A DNA stretch of 43,273 bases from an uncultured Planctomycetales bacterium (GCA_964456925.1 CAYWCX010000003.1:1-43273); one strand, 5' to 3'; numbered from the stretch's first letter, positions 29,623 to 39,337 are shown. Program-made: numbers and translations. Notes: generated by a model not told the origin, from the sequence alone.

Positions 29623-31128
29623 ATGGAAAAGATAATAATTTTCGATACTACGCTGCGCGACGGAGAGCAGGCGCCCGGGGCGTCAATGAACAGCCTCCAG
29701 AAAATGGAAGTGGCTAATCAACTTGAAAAGCTGGGGGTCGATATTATCGAAGCGGGCTTTCCCGTTGCCTCGCCCGATGATTTTACAGCGGTAAGCACTA
29801 TTGCAAAGAACGCAAAAAGGAGTGCAGTCTGCGCCCTTGCCCGCTGTATTGATAAAGATATCGAACGCGCCGGCAGAGCCGTAAAGAAAGCCAGGAAGCC
29901 GCGCATACATTTATTTTTGGCGACCTCTAAAATACATTTAAAGTATAAATTCAAGAAAGCCGAAGATGAGATAGTGAAGATTGCCAGAGATTCCATCAGG
30001 CAGGCCAGGAAGTTTTGTGCCGATATTGAATTTTCACCGGAGGATGCTACCCGCACCGAGAAAGAGTTTCTGTTCCGCATGGTTGAGATGGCCATTGACG
30101 AGGGCGCACGTACCATAAATATTCCCGATACGGTCGGCTACAGCTACCCGCAGGAAATTTTTTCCCTGATAACCGAGATAAAAAATAACGTTCTGAATAT
30201 AAATAAAGCGGTTATTGCCATTCACTGCCACAATGATTTGGGCTTGGCAACGGCGAATTCCCTTTCTGCGGTCCTTGCCGGAGCGCGCCAGGTGCATTGT
30301 ACGATTAACGGTATCGGCGAACGCGCCGGGAATGCTTCGTTGGAAGAGATAATCATGGCGATGAAGACCCGCCGGGATGTCTTCGGTAATTTTTATAACA
30401 GTATCCGCACTGAAGAGATATACCCGACCTCCCGTTTAGTAAGTAAAGCTACCGGTTTTGTAGTGGCTCCCAATAAGGCGATTGTCGGCAGGAATGCCTT
30501 TGCCCATGAGGCCGGTATCCATCAGGACGCGATATTAAAGAAGAGAATCACTTATGAAATTATGGACCCCCGCGATGTCGGTATTTCCGAGAGCTCCTTG
30601 GTTTTAGGAAAGCATTCCGGCAGACACGCATTAGGCCAGAGGTTGAAGGTTTTAGGCTTCCGCCTGGATGAAAACAGGCTGAATAAGACCTTTCAGCGCT
30701 TTAAAGAACTCGCCGATAAGAAGAAAAATATTTTTGACGATGACCTCATCTCGATAGTAGAGGATGAAATCAAACCGATGAAGCCCGTCTGGAAATTGGA
30801 AAGTTTCGCCATCAATTCCGGCACCAATATCACGCCGAGCGCCGAGGTGGTTTTGCGGCATAAGAATAAAAGGCTTTCTGCCAAATCCGCCGGCGACGGT
30901 CCGGTGGACGCCTGTTTCAAGGCTATTGACAAGATTACCGGCGTCAAAGGAGATCTTCAGGATTATCGTATCGAGGCGGTAACCAAAGGAAAGGACGCCC
31001 TCGGCGAGGTCAGCCTCAAGCTGAAGGCCAAGGGTAAGGTGGTGACCGCCCGCGGCTCCAGTACCGACATCATTGAGTCTTCGGTGCGGGCCTATATTAA
31101 CGCCCTCAATAAGATAGAGAGCCTTTAA
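29623..31128 (+). CDS. leuA: 2-isopropylmalate synthase
   Basis: IFDTTLRDGEQAPG, HCHNDLGLATANSL and a C-terminal LeuA allosteric domain. Confidence 0.94.
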   Translation: MEKIIIFDTTLRDGEQAPGASMNSLQKMEVANQLEKLGVDIIEAGFPVASPDDFTAVSTIAKNAKRSAVCALARCIDKDIERAGRAVKKARKPRIHLFLATSKIHLKYKFKKAEDEIVKIARDSIRQARKFCADIEFSPEDATRTEKEFLFRMVEMAIDEGARTINIPDTVGYSYPQEIFSLITEIKNNVLNINKAVIAIHCHNDLGLATANSLSAVLAGARQVHCTINGIGERAGNASLEEIIMAMKTRRDVFGNFYNSIRTEEIYPTSRLVSKATGFVVAPNKAIVGRNAFAHEAGIHQDAILKKRITYEIMDPRDVGISESSLVLGKHSGRHALGQRLKVLGFRLDENRLNKTFQRFKELADKKKNIFDDDLISIVEDEIKPMKPVWKLESFAINSGTNITPSAEVVLRHKNKRLSAKSAGDGPVDACFKAIDKITGVKGDLQDYRIEAVTKGKDALGEVSLKLKAKGKVVTARGSSTDIIESSVRAYINALNKIESL

Positions 31129-31138
31129 CCCCTAAGCG

Positions 31139-31996
31139 ATGAAAAAAAAATCCCAAACCAAGGTTTACGGGGTTTTAGGTTATCCCGCGAAACACAGTTT
31201 CTCCCCCGCCATGCACAATGCGGCTTTCCGCGCCCTTCGTATCAAGGCGGTCTATAATCTCTTCGAGGTAAGGCCCGTTGAACTGGAAGATTTCATTCTC
31301 TCCTTAAAAGAAAAAAACATCTGCGGACTTAATATCACCATTCCCTATAAAGAAAAAATCCTTGATTACGTCAATGGTTACTGCTCATTGGGGGTTAAGG
31401 CAATCGGCGCCTGTAATACTATCCGGGTAGAGAATGACGGTAAACTAAGCGCATTCAATACGGATTTTCCGGGTTTTAGCCAGCACCTCGCGGAATTAAA
31501 ACTCAGGCCCAAAAAAATCGCGCTCATCGGCGCCGGAGGCGCAGCCAAGGCAGTCTGTTTTGCCCTTGCCAGGAGCAGGGCGCAGGAGATAGCAATTTAT
31601 GATATTGATAGGTTCAGGAGCATTGCCCTGGTGGAGAGGTTCAAGAATAATTTTACATCCACCAACTTTGTTATCGCAGGCAGTATTGAAGAACTCAATA
31701 TTACCGCCAAAGACCTCCTGGTGAATGCCTCGCCGGTGGGAATGAAAACCACCGATCCCTGTTTAATCAGCGCCAGGATGCTGCACCAGGGCCTTTTTGT
31801 TTATGACCTTATCTACAACCCTGCCCGGACCAAACTGTTGGAACTTGCCACTGGCCGCGGCTTGCGTAATTCAAACGGCCTGGGAATGCTTTTGTATCAG
31901 GCGACCCTGTCTTTTAGGCATTGGACTGCGAGAGTTGCCCCCTATGACGTAATGCGCCGCGCCTTGGAAAAGGAGTTAAAAAAATGCCAGCGATAA
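31139..31996 (+). CDS. aroE: Shikimate dehydrogenase
   Basis: GYPAKHSFSPAMHNAAF, NITIPYKE and GAGGAAKAV motifs. Confidence 0.9.
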   Translation: MKKKSQTKVYGVLGYPAKHSFSPAMHNAAFRALRIKAVYNLFEVRPVELEDFILSLKEKNICGLNITIPYKEKILDYVNGYCSLGVKAIGACNTIRVENDGKLSAFNTDFPGFSQHLAELKLRPKKIALIGAGGAAKAVCFALARSRAQEIAIYDIDRFRSIALVERFKNNFTSTNFVIAGSIEELNITAKDLLVNASPVGMKTTDPCLISARMLHQGLFVYDLIYNPARTKLLELATGRGLRNSNGLGMLLYQATLSFRHWTARVAPYDVMRRALEKELKKCQR

Positions 31997-32805
31997 TCAG
32001 CCGGATTTTAGTTTTTGTTTTCGGTTCAATCATCGGAAGCTTCCTGAATGTCTGCATCTACCGCATGCCCCGTCAGGAATCCATACTCTGGCCGCGCTCG
32101 CGCTGCCCGCACTGCCAGAAAAAGATACCCGGTTACGATAACATTCCGTTTTTAAGTTATTTACTCCTGGGGGGCCGTTGCCGTTTCTGTAAGGCCAGGA
32201 TTTCGCTGCGCTATCCGCTGGTGGAACTTTTAACCGCAGCGATGCTGCTGTCGTTTTTTAACCGCTTCGGCCTGACTTACGATTTCTTTGTTTATAGTTT
32301 ATTCGGCTGCGGCCTCGTCGTCGCCACCTTTGTGGATTTTGCCGAGCGCATCATCCCCGACGAGATAAGTATCGGCGGGATAATCCTGGGTTTTATCCTT
32401 AGTTCTATCAGGGGGGTGAGCACCGGCCCCCTGCATTTTGACCCCCGCCCGATGTTCGATTCCTTTATGGGTATTATCGTGGGCGCCGGCATTATTTATA
32501 TCATCAGCTTCTTTTTTGACCTGGTGTATTTTCGGCTGCTGAAAAAACCAGCCATCCAGGGAGAGACTGCCTCGATGGGCGCCGGAGATATCAAATTCCT
32601 GGCGATGATCGGAGCATTCCTCGGCTGGCCGAAGGCGATCTTCGTTTTTTTTACCGCCCCCCTCCTAGGGCTGATTTTCGGATTGCTTAATTTTATCTTC
32701 CGTAAAGACCGGCTTGTCCCCTACGGGCCGTTTCTGGCCCTGGCAGCGCTTATTGCCCTGTTCTGGGCAGATAAAATTATCGCAGTTTTAACGCGGGGCT
32801 TATGA
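31984..32805 (+). CDS. pilD: Prepilin peptidase / N-methyltransferase (A24 family)
   Basis: CPHCQKKIPGYDNIPFLSYLLLGGRCRFCKARISLRYPLVE zinc-ribbon region, GAGDIKF catalytic Asp motif, polytopic membrane profile. Confidence 0.9.
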   Translation: MPAIISRILVFVFGSIIGSFLNVCIYRMPRQESILWPRSRCPHCQKKIPGYDNIPFLSYLLLGGRCRFCKARISLRYPLVELLTAAMLLSFFNRFGLTYDFFVYSLFGCGLVVATFVDFAERIIPDEISIGGIILGFILSSIRGVSTGPLHFDPRPMFDSFMGIIVGAGIIYIISFFFDLVYFRLLKKPAIQGETASMGAGDIKFLAMIGAFLGWPKAIFVFFTAPLLGLIFGLLNFIFRKDRLVPYGPFLALAALIALFWADKIIAVLTRGL

Positions 32806-34613
32806 ATCCGAGCGCTTATCTTCTTAAAACCCTTTCTGCGAGCAAGTGGAATAAAATCGGTTTAAGTAAAAGGGCAGGGGTTTTAGTGCCGTTATTCTCG
32901 GTATTCTCGGAAGAGAGCAGCGGTATCGGCGACCTCAACGACCTTAAACTCCTCGCAGATTGGACGCATGCCGCCGGCGGCTCTATCCTGCAGTTTCTGC
33001 CGCTGAATGAGATGGGGACACTTTGCTGTCCCTACGATGCGCTAAGTTCCTTTGCCCTGGAGCCCGCGTATCTTTCGCTTGTCAAATTAGACCCTCCCCT
33101 CCCGCAATCTTTAATACGGGAAATCAAAAATAATTTTTGCCTTCCGCAGCAGCGGTTAAATTACGCGGTCAAGGATGCGAAGTTAAGGGCGCTCTGGGAG
33201 ATTTTCCGGCAGTCCGGCAGCAGGGAACCGGCGGGGCTAGAGGAATTTATGGAGCGCAACACTTACTGGCTGGAGGATTTTGCCCTTTTTAAGGTCCTGA
33301 AATATTACCAGCAGGGCCGGCCGTGGTACGAGTGGGGGGGCGGATATAAAAACCGCGATGCCGCTCTCTTAGAGAGTTTTAAAAAAGAACATGACAGCGA
33401 AATCCGTTTTCAGATTTGGCTACAGTGGCAGCTCTGGCGCCAGTTTAAGGCAGCCAGGGGATATGTCGCATCCCGAAACGTTCTTCTAAAGGGTGACCTG
33501 CCGGTATTGGTTTCCCGCGACAGCGCCGATGTGTGGGCGCATCCGCATTTCTTCAAATTAGACTTTGCTGCCGGAGCTCCGCCGGATATGTATGCCGCTT
33601 TAGGGCAACGCTGGGGGATGCCGCCTTATAATTGGGAGGCGATTGCCGGCGACAACTACCGTTATCTTAAGGAGAGGCTTAAATTTGCCCAGGAATTTTA
33701 TGATATTTTAAGGATTGACCACGTGGTGGGGTTGTTCCGTATCTGGAGTATCCCTTATGATGAACCGACGGAGAACCAGGGGCTGAATGGTTTTTTTGAC
33801 CCGCGCGAGGAATCCAGGTGGCACGAGCACGGCAAGAAGATATTATCCGTGATGCTTGAGAATACTACAATGCTCTTATGCGCCGAGGATTTAGGGGTTA
33901 TCCCCAAGGCCTGCACCGCAACCCTTAAGGAACTGGGTATTCCCGGCAATGAAGTGCAGCGCTGGGTTAAGGACTGGAAGACCCGGCATGATTTTTTGCC
34001 TCCCGAAGAATACCGCATGCTTTCAGTGGCGGTGTTATCCACTCACGACACCACCAATTGGCCGGCCTGGTGGGAAAATGAGGCAGGCACGGTTGATGAA
34101 GGCCTTTTCAAGCGAAGATGCGCCGAACGCGGCATAGATTACCGTCTCGTAAAGGATAAACTTTTTGACCCCGTTCGTTCCCGTCACCGGAGATTGCGCT
34201 GGCGGGAGGATGTTGATAGCGTCGATAAATTGATAAATATCCTGGGTAAGAAGCAAAAGGAGCTGCTGGATTTTATCGAGTTTTACGAGAATAGTTACCG
34301 CGAGAAAGAAAAATTATGGCATCGCCTTAATCTCGGCGGTTTGATGCGCGAGAACTCTGACGCCGAAATCCTGCGCGCGGTCCTGAAGTTTACGCTGGCA
34401 TCAAATGCCGTATTCTGCATCCAGCATATCATGGATATCCTGCTTTTAGGCGGTTCGCTCAGCGGGGATCCCTACCAATACCGCATCAATACCCCCGGCA
34501 CTGCAGGTCCCGATAACTGGTCCTGGGTGATGCCGTTTTCGCTCGAGGAGTTACTGCGCCACAGGATTACCGGGGAATTAAAAAGGCTGACAAATGCTTC
34601 GGGGAGAATATAA
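32802..34613 (+). CDS. malQ: 4-alpha-glucanotransferase (amylomaltase, GH77), long form
   Basis: SGIGDLNDL, LRIDHVVGL, CAEDLG and STHDT are GH77 catalytic-region motifs. Confidence 0.9.
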   Translation: MNPSAYLLKTLSASKWNKIGLSKRAGVLVPLFSVFSEESSGIGDLNDLKLLADWTHAAGGSILQFLPLNEMGTLCCPYDALSSFALEPAYLSLVKLDPPLPQSLIREIKNNFCLPQQRLNYAVKDAKLRALWEIFRQSGSREPAGLEEFMERNTYWLEDFALFKVLKYYQQGRPWYEWGGGYKNRDAALLESFKKEHDSEIRFQIWLQWQLWRQFKAARGYVASRNVLLKGDLPVLVSRDSADVWAHPHFFKLDFAAGAPPDMYAALGQRWGMPPYNWEAIAGDNYRYLKERLKFAQEFYDILRIDHVVGLFRIWSIPYDEPTENQGLNGFFDPREESRWHEHGKKILSVMLENTTMLLCAEDLGVIPKACTATLKELGIPGNEVQRWVKDWKTRHDFLPPEEYRMLSVAVLSTHDTTNWPAWWENEAGTVDEGLFKRRCAERGIDYRLVKDKLFDPVRSRHRRLRWREDVDSVDKLINILGKKQKELLDFIEFYENSYREKEKLWHRLNLGGLMRENSDAEILRAVLKFTLASNAVFCIQHIMDILLLGGSLSGDPYQYRINTPGTAGPDNWSWVMPFSLEELLRHRITGELKRLTNASGRI

Positions 34614-34614
34614 G

Positions 34615-35274
34615 ATGAAATTGCATCCGCAGGCGGTAATCTTTGATATGGACGGGGTGATTGTAGATTCAATGCCTTACCATTTCATCGCCTGGCATGA
34701 AGCGCTGCGGCCCTACGGCGCGCGGGTGAGCTGTTTTGATGTTTTTACCAAGGAAGGGGAGCGCTGGGAGAGGTCGCTTGAGGATTTCCTGAGGCGCGCC
34801 GGGATAACGCCTACACCCAGGATTCTCAATAAGATATTTTTAGAACGCAAGAGGATTTTCAAGCGTTATTTTAAGCGTTTTATCTTTAAGGGTGCCGGAG
34901 AATTCTTACGTTGTTTGAAAAAAAGGGGTTATTCTTTAGGGGTAGTAACGGGGACGCCGTTAGAGGAATTAAATAAAATACTTCCCCGCAGTATCAGAGA
35001 GTTATTCGAGGTGGTGGTTACCGGAGACAGCGTTAAAAAAGGCAAACCCCATCCTGAACCGTATCTTAAAGCTGCTTCTGTTTTAGGGCTTCGGCCAAAG
35101 CAATGCCTGGTAGTAGAGAATGCGCCTTTCGGCATCGCATCCGCCAAGAAGGCCGGGATGTTCTGCATTGCCATTACCACCAGCCTGCCGAGAGACTACC
35201 TTAAGCAAGCCGATATCATTGTCGATAGATTAGAAGATATCACAGGCATTATCGAAAAAAGTTGTAAGATATAA
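34615..35274 (+). CDS. HAD-superfamily hydrolase (beta-phosphoglucomutase-like subfamily IA)
   Basis: AVIFDMDGVIVDS (DxDG motif I), VVTGT (motif II) and KGKPHPEPY (motif III). ATG 34615 with a GGGGAG RBS is preferred over 34594. Confidence 0.88.
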   Translation: MKLHPQAVIFDMDGVIVDSMPYHFIAWHEALRPYGARVSCFDVFTKEGERWERSLEDFLRRAGITPTPRILNKIFLERKRIFKRYFKRFIFKGAGEFLRCLKKRGYSLGVVTGTPLEELNKILPRSIRELFEVVVTGDSVKKGKPHPEPYLKAASVLGLRPKQCLVVENAPFGIASAKKAGMFCIAITTSLPRDYLKQADIIVDRLEDITGIIEKSCKI

Positions 35275-35333
35275 TTTTACGGTTTTGCTTCGCGCACTGG
35301 ATTTTTACGCCGTGCGGAGCTTTAATGAACCTG

Positions 35334-35361
35334 CCGATTTTCTCGCTTGAAGTCGGTTTTT
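35334..35361 (+). terminator. Rho-independent terminator candidate for the ilv..HAD operon
   Basis: CCGATTT (35334-35340) pairs with AAGTCGG (35350-35356), including one G-U pair, and is followed by TTTTT (35357-35361). Confidence 0.5.
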
Positions 35362-35594
35362 AACGCCAATGGTCTTTCGCATTTCGGTGGCTGCTGAACT
35401 CACGATTTTTGCTCTGGCAAAAATCGTTCAAACAGCATCGCCATCCCGAGATTGTCAGCCTTGCGGCTGACCTCGGGATTCCCTTAATGCTCAAGCTCCA
35501 TTGGCTAAAACCTCCATTCGCTCGAAATATCGCCAGGTTCATTTGAAGTTGTTTGAACGGTTTAGTTTGATTCCGAGCAATATATATAATAAAG

Positions 35595-35776
35595 ATTTTA
35601 TGGCTTTTGCTGGAGCGTGCATAAGAAATTTTTTGGTTACAACTTCTAATTTGAGTCGGCGAGGGATTACGACGAGCCGTAGTGCGCCTGCCCCGCGATA
35701 GCCTACTGACGGAGGCAAGGAGTAAACCGAAGCCGACAGCAAAAAATTTCAGCACGCGGAAGCAAAGCCATAAAAT
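35595..35776 (+). other. 182-nt long-hairpin element; candidate structured ncRNA (6S-like size and shape) or MITE; strand not established
   Basis: 35595-35634 pairs with 35741-35776 in four blocks: 13 bp (35595-35607 / 35764-35776), 3 bp (35609-35611 / 35761-35763), 6 bp (35615-35620 / 35752-35757) and 10 bp (GAAATTTTTT 35625-35634 / AAAAAATTTC 35741-35750). A 20-nt by 3-nt asymmetric loop follows, then GTCGGC/GCCGAC (35655-35660 / 35732-35737) closes a GC-rich apical domain. A TATAAT box at 35585-35590 lies just upstream. No credible ORF is present. Confidence 0.4.
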
Positions 35777-35824
35777 AACGGTAATATTAGACGAAAAGAT
35801 CTGTAGATTCATTAGAAGGATAGA

Positions 35825-36544
35825 ATGAAGGATTTGACGGGGGCGGGATTTTATATTTCGAAAAGCGTCGGCAAGGCGATCAGCGACTATAATATGCTCT
35901 CCGACGGGGATAAGATTGCGGTGGCAGTATCAGGAGGCAAGGATAGTCTGACATTGCTTAATATTCTGAATACCCGTCGTCAGTTTGTGCCTATAAAGTA
36001 TGAATTGTTAGCCGTACATATTGATTTAGGTTATCCCTGTCAGCATCCCAGGATACTGGCGCAATACTTCCAGAAAATAGGAGTAGATTACCATATCGAG
36101 AAAGTGGATATTTTGCAGGGTAAGACACGTAAAGATATCAGTTGTTTCTGGTGTTCCTGGAATCGCAGAAAGGCGTTATTCGGAGTCGCTGACCGTTTTG
36201 GATGCACTAAGGTTGCTTTGGGTCACCACAAGGATGATATTGTCGAGACTATACTTTTGAATTTATTCTTTCATGGCGAAATTTCTGCGATGTCGCCCAA
36301 GCAGGAACTTTTTAAGGGCAAGATTATCATTGTCCGCCCGCTAGCATATGTGGATGAAAGCATGATTGTCAGGTATGCAAAGGCCGCGGGGTTCCCGCAT
36401 GAAAAATGCTCTTGTCCTAACTCTTTAACCTCCAAACGGACCCAAATCACCAGTATCATTAAAGATCTGGAAAAGGTTTGTCCTGAGATAAGGACAAACA
36501 TATTCAGAAGTGTCAAGCGCATCAAGAGCGAGTATCTGCTTTAA
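35825..36544 (+). CDS. ttcA: TtcA-family PP-loop ATPase (tRNA 2-thiocytidine biosynthesis-like)
   Basis: VAVSGGKDSLTLL PP-loop, CFWCSW and CSCPNS cysteine motifs, GHHKDDIVETILLNLFFHG. Confidence 0.85.
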   Translation: MKDLTGAGFYISKSVGKAISDYNMLSDGDKIAVAVSGGKDSLTLLNILNTRRQFVPIKYELLAVHIDLGYPCQHPRILAQYFQKIGVDYHIEKVDILQGKTRKDISCFWCSWNRRKALFGVADRFGCTKVALGHHKDDIVETILLNLFFHGEISAMSPKQELFKGKIIIVRPLAYVDESMIVRYAKAAGFPHEKCSCPNSLTSKRTQITSIIKDLEKVCPEIRTNIFRSVKRIKSEYLL

Positions 36545-36589
36545 AAAATACGGGGCAGTGGTATACTAGAGAGTAAGTAGGGAGTAGAT

Positions 36590-37519
36590 ATGGTTTGGAT
36601 AATCGGGGTATTGTTTTTATTCCTGGGGCTTATCATTGTTATCTTGGTGCTTCGGATTTCATCGGACGTTAACCGCCGCCTTAGCGAAGTAAACCAGTCC
36701 CTGCAGGACGCCAATAAGATTATCGGCCAGAACTTAGGCAGCACTGCCGGCATCTTCGGCAATATCCAGGAACGCCTCGGAGGGCTGCAGAAGACCAACG
36801 AGCAGATTTACGAGGTAGCCAAGAATATCTCCAGCCTCCAGGAATTGCTGCGCGCACCGAAGTTTCGCGGCGAGGTTGGCGAAACGCTATTGGAGAACCT
36901 CCTGAATCAGGTTTTGCCCCGCGATTATTACCAGATGCAATACCGTTTCCGCTCCTCGGATACGGTGGATGCGGTTATCCGGCTGGGAGGGCAACTTGTG
37001 CCCATTGACGCAAAGTTCAGCCTGGAGAATTTCCAGAAGATGCTCGATACACCCGACGAGAAAGATAAAGAGGGTTGCCGTCGGAGATTCATTCAGGACG
37101 TAAAATCCCGCATTGATGAAATTGCCTCCAAGTATATTCTGCCCGAGGAACACACCTATGATTTTGCCTTGATGTACATCCCGGCTGAAAACGTCTATTA
37201 CGAGACTATCATCAAGGAAGATCTCCTGGGTTACTGTCTGGCTAAAAAGGTAATCCCGGTTTCTCCGCACACCTTTTACGCCTATTTGCAGGTTATCTGC
37301 CTGGGGTTGCGCGGCCTCAAAATTGAGGAGAACGCCAAGAATATCTTGAAGAGCTTAAGCACCATTTGCGGCGATATCACTAAATTCAGGGAGGATTTCG
37401 ATACGTTGGGCGCGCACCTTAGCAACGCTGGCCGTAAATACGAGGATTCCCGCAGGAAGATTGAACGCTTAGCCGAACGGCTGGATAATATCCAGGGTGA
37501 TGAGCCCGCGCCGAAATAG
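36590..37519 (+). CDS. rmuC: DNA recombination protein RmuC (short form with N-terminal TM helix)
   Basis: LRAPKFRGEVGETLLENLL, DAVIRLGGQLVPIDAKF and ALMYIPAENVYYE match the RmuC core. Confidence 0.85.
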   Translation: MVWIIGVLFLFLGLIIVILVLRISSDVNRRLSEVNQSLQDANKIIGQNLGSTAGIFGNIQERLGGLQKTNEQIYEVAKNISSLQELLRAPKFRGEVGETLLENLLNQVLPRDYYQMQYRFRSSDTVDAVIRLGGQLVPIDAKFSLENFQKMLDTPDEKDKEGCRRRFIQDVKSRIDEIASKYILPEEHTYDFALMYIPAENVYYETIIKEDLLGYCLAKKVIPVSPHTFYAYLQVICLGLRGLKIEENAKNILKSLSTICGDITKFREDFDTLGAHLSNAGRKYEDSRRKIERLAERLDNIQGDEPAPK

Positions 37520-37552
37520 AACCCGCAAAAAGTCCGCGTTAGATTTATATTT

Positions 37553-38269
37553 ATGCCCGACTCGATCTTTACTAAACCCGGTTTAGTTTGTTCTTTTAGC
37601 AGGCGGCCTTTTAATATGTCTTTGCGCCACGGCGATACCAGCGATGCCCTGAATAACCGCCGGGTATTTCTTGAAGGACTGGGTGTTGATTACCGCAATT
37701 TGGTCTGCGCCGAGCAGGTCCATGGCAACAAGGCGAGGTACGTCAGTAATAACGATAAGGGGAAAGGTGCATTATCCTGGGATAATGTTTTGCGTCAGAC
37801 CGACGGGCTCATTACCGATAAGGCGGGAGTGCCGCTGGCAGTATTCACTGCGGATTGCCTTTCGGTATTCCTTTATGACCCTAAGCAGAAAGTTATCGGG
37901 CTAGTGCATGCCGGCTGGAGAGGGACAAAGGCAGGCGTCCTTGCCGCTGCTTTAGTGTTAATGCGGGAAAAATTTAACAGCCGCTCTGAAGATTTATCCG
38001 TCGGGTTTGGCCCGGTCATCAGAAGCTGCTGCTATGAGGTAGGAGAAGATTTTAAGGAACTCTTTGATTACGGCTTAAAGCGTATAAATAACTACCTTCA
38101 TCTGGATTTAGCAGCGCTGAACAAAAGGCAACTCCTGGAGGCAGGGGTTAAGGAAGACAGCATTTACGATTCCGGCATTTGTACCTCTTGCAGTAGCAAA
38201 GATTTTTTTTCCTTCCGCCGGGAAGGCAATTCCTGCGGCAGGATGATGTCGGTGATAATGCTTAAATAA
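37553..38269 (+). CDS. pgeF: Peptidoglycan editing factor PgeF / YfiH (laccase-domain, DUF152) family
   Basis: EQVHGN, AVFTADCLSVFLYD, VHAGWRGT and CTSCS..FFSFRR motifs. Confidence 0.88.
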   Translation: MPDSIFTKPGLVCSFSRRPFNMSLRHGDTSDALNNRRVFLEGLGVDYRNLVCAEQVHGNKARYVSNNDKGKGALSWDNVLRQTDGLITDKAGVPLAVFTADCLSVFLYDPKQKVIGLVHAGWRGTKAGVLAAALVLMREKFNSRSEDLSVGFGPVIRSCCYEVGEDFKELFDYGLKRINNYLHLDLAALNKRQLLEAGVKEDSIYDSGICTSCSSKDFFSFRREGNSCGRMMSVIMLK

Positions 38270-38278
38270 TAAGACCTT

Positions 38279-38527
38279 ATGCCCAGCTACGATTTACAAT
38301 TCGTCTTAAGCGCTTATAATCTGAATAGCGATGTCCTCAAAGATACTATTAGCGGGTTCGGAGAAGGGCTTGAGGTAGTTGAGTTGGGTCGAGACAGCGT
38401 ATCTTGCTACTGCGATTTCGAAGTGCATATTTCTACCCGTGACCCCACCCTTATTTTTGACAGTTGTTCGGCAATTGGCAGGATTAAATCCGTCAGGATT
38501 GACGAGAAAAAAGACGGGGTTATTTAA
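38279..38527 (+). CDS. Small hypothetical protein (82 aa)
   Basis: Compact ORF tightly spaced between pgeF and the flavodoxin gene. No family was recognised by eye. Confidence 0.5.
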   Translation: MPSYDLQFVLSAYNLNSDVLKDTISGFGEGLEVVELGRDSVSCYCDFEVHISTRDPTLIFDSCSAIGRIKSVRIDEKKDGVI

Positions 38528-38541
38528 AGAAAGGAGCAGCG

Positions 38542-39018
38542 ATGGGCAGGATACTGGTGGTGTATTATTCCCGTAGCGGTAATACCAAGAGGATGGCTGA
38601 GCTCATTGCCGAGGGCGTCAAGAAAGAAGGAACGGAAGCGGACCTCAAGGATGTTAAGGACATCAAGCCGCAGGATCTTTTAAAATACGAAGGTATTGTG
38701 GTGGGTTCTCCCACTTATTACGGCAGCATGGCTTCGCCGATTAAAGAACTCTTTGATGAATCCGTGGCTTTCCACGCCAGCCTTGAAGGTAAGGTTGGCG
38801 CGGCATTTTCCTCCAGCGCCAATGTTGGAGGGGGCAACGAGACCGCTATCCTCGATATTTTAAACGCGATGCTCATCCACGGAATGATTATCCAGGGCGA
38901 TCCCAAGGGCGACCATTACGGCCCGGTAGCAATAGGTGCTCCCGACAACCGCAGCAGCGCAGAGTGTCTGCGGTTGGGTTCGCGGGTAGCTAAATTAGTC
39001 AGGAAATTATTCGGTTAA
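38542..39018 (+). CDS. Flavodoxin-like fold protein (NAD(P)H-dependent FMN oxidoreductase / flavodoxin family)
   Basis: GGAG RBS. ILVVYYSRSGNTKRMAE FMN phosphate-binding loop and GSPTYYG motif. Confidence 0.85.
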   Translation: MGRILVVYYSRSGNTKRMAELIAEGVKKEGTEADLKDVKDIKPQDLLKYEGIVVGSPTYYGSMASPIKELFDESVAFHASLEGKVGAAFSSSANVGGGNETAILDILNAMLIHGMIIQGDPKGDHYGPVAIGAPDNRSSAECLRLGSRVAKLVRKLFG

Positions 39019-39025
39019 TAGCGAT

Positions 39026-39337
39026 ATGTTTATCCTAGTTTTTATTACCGCTTCCAATAAAGCCGAAGCCGCTGATATTGCGCGAGCACTCCTTAAGAAT
39101 AAATTAGCGGCTTGCGTAAATATCGTCGAAAAAATAGAATCACTGTTCTGGTGGAAGGGAAAAATCGATAAAGCAGGAGAATGTCTACTCCTGGTGAAGA
39201 CCAAGAAGGCGAAATTCTCCCCTCTCATTAAGCTGGTAAAATCACGGCACAGCTATGAGGTGCCGGAGATTATAGCCCTGCCGATAATAACCGGGGAAAA
39301 ATCATATCTTAACTGGATAAATGAATCTCTCAGGTAA
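39026..39337 (+). CDS. cutA: Divalent-cation tolerance protein CutA
   Basis: The ~100-aa size, KLAACVNI, the SLFWWKGKI segment and SYEVPEIIALPI are typical CutA1 segments. Confidence 0.88.
   Translation: MFILVFITASNKAEAADIARALLKNKLAACVNIVEKIESLFWWKGKIDKAGECLLLVKTKKAKFSPLIKLVKSRHSYEVPEIIALPIITGEKSYLNWINESLR

Noticed and set aside
35595-35776. RNase P RNA, tmRNA, SRP RNA, cobalamin/TPP/c-di-GMP riboswitch or T-box identity for the long-hairpin element
   Set aside because: None of the conserved cores I can recall are present on either strand: GGAAAGUCC for RNase P, the tRNA-Ala-like ends of tmRNA, the SRP GGAA motif region, the B12 box, or the T-box sequence.
35360-35812. 150-aa minus-strand ORF covering the long intergenic gap
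   Set aside because: It has a low-complexity Arg/Ser-rich translation and no RBS. It runs straight through several perfect palindromic hairpins and the inverted repeats, so it is more likely a chance ORF in structured non-coding DNA.
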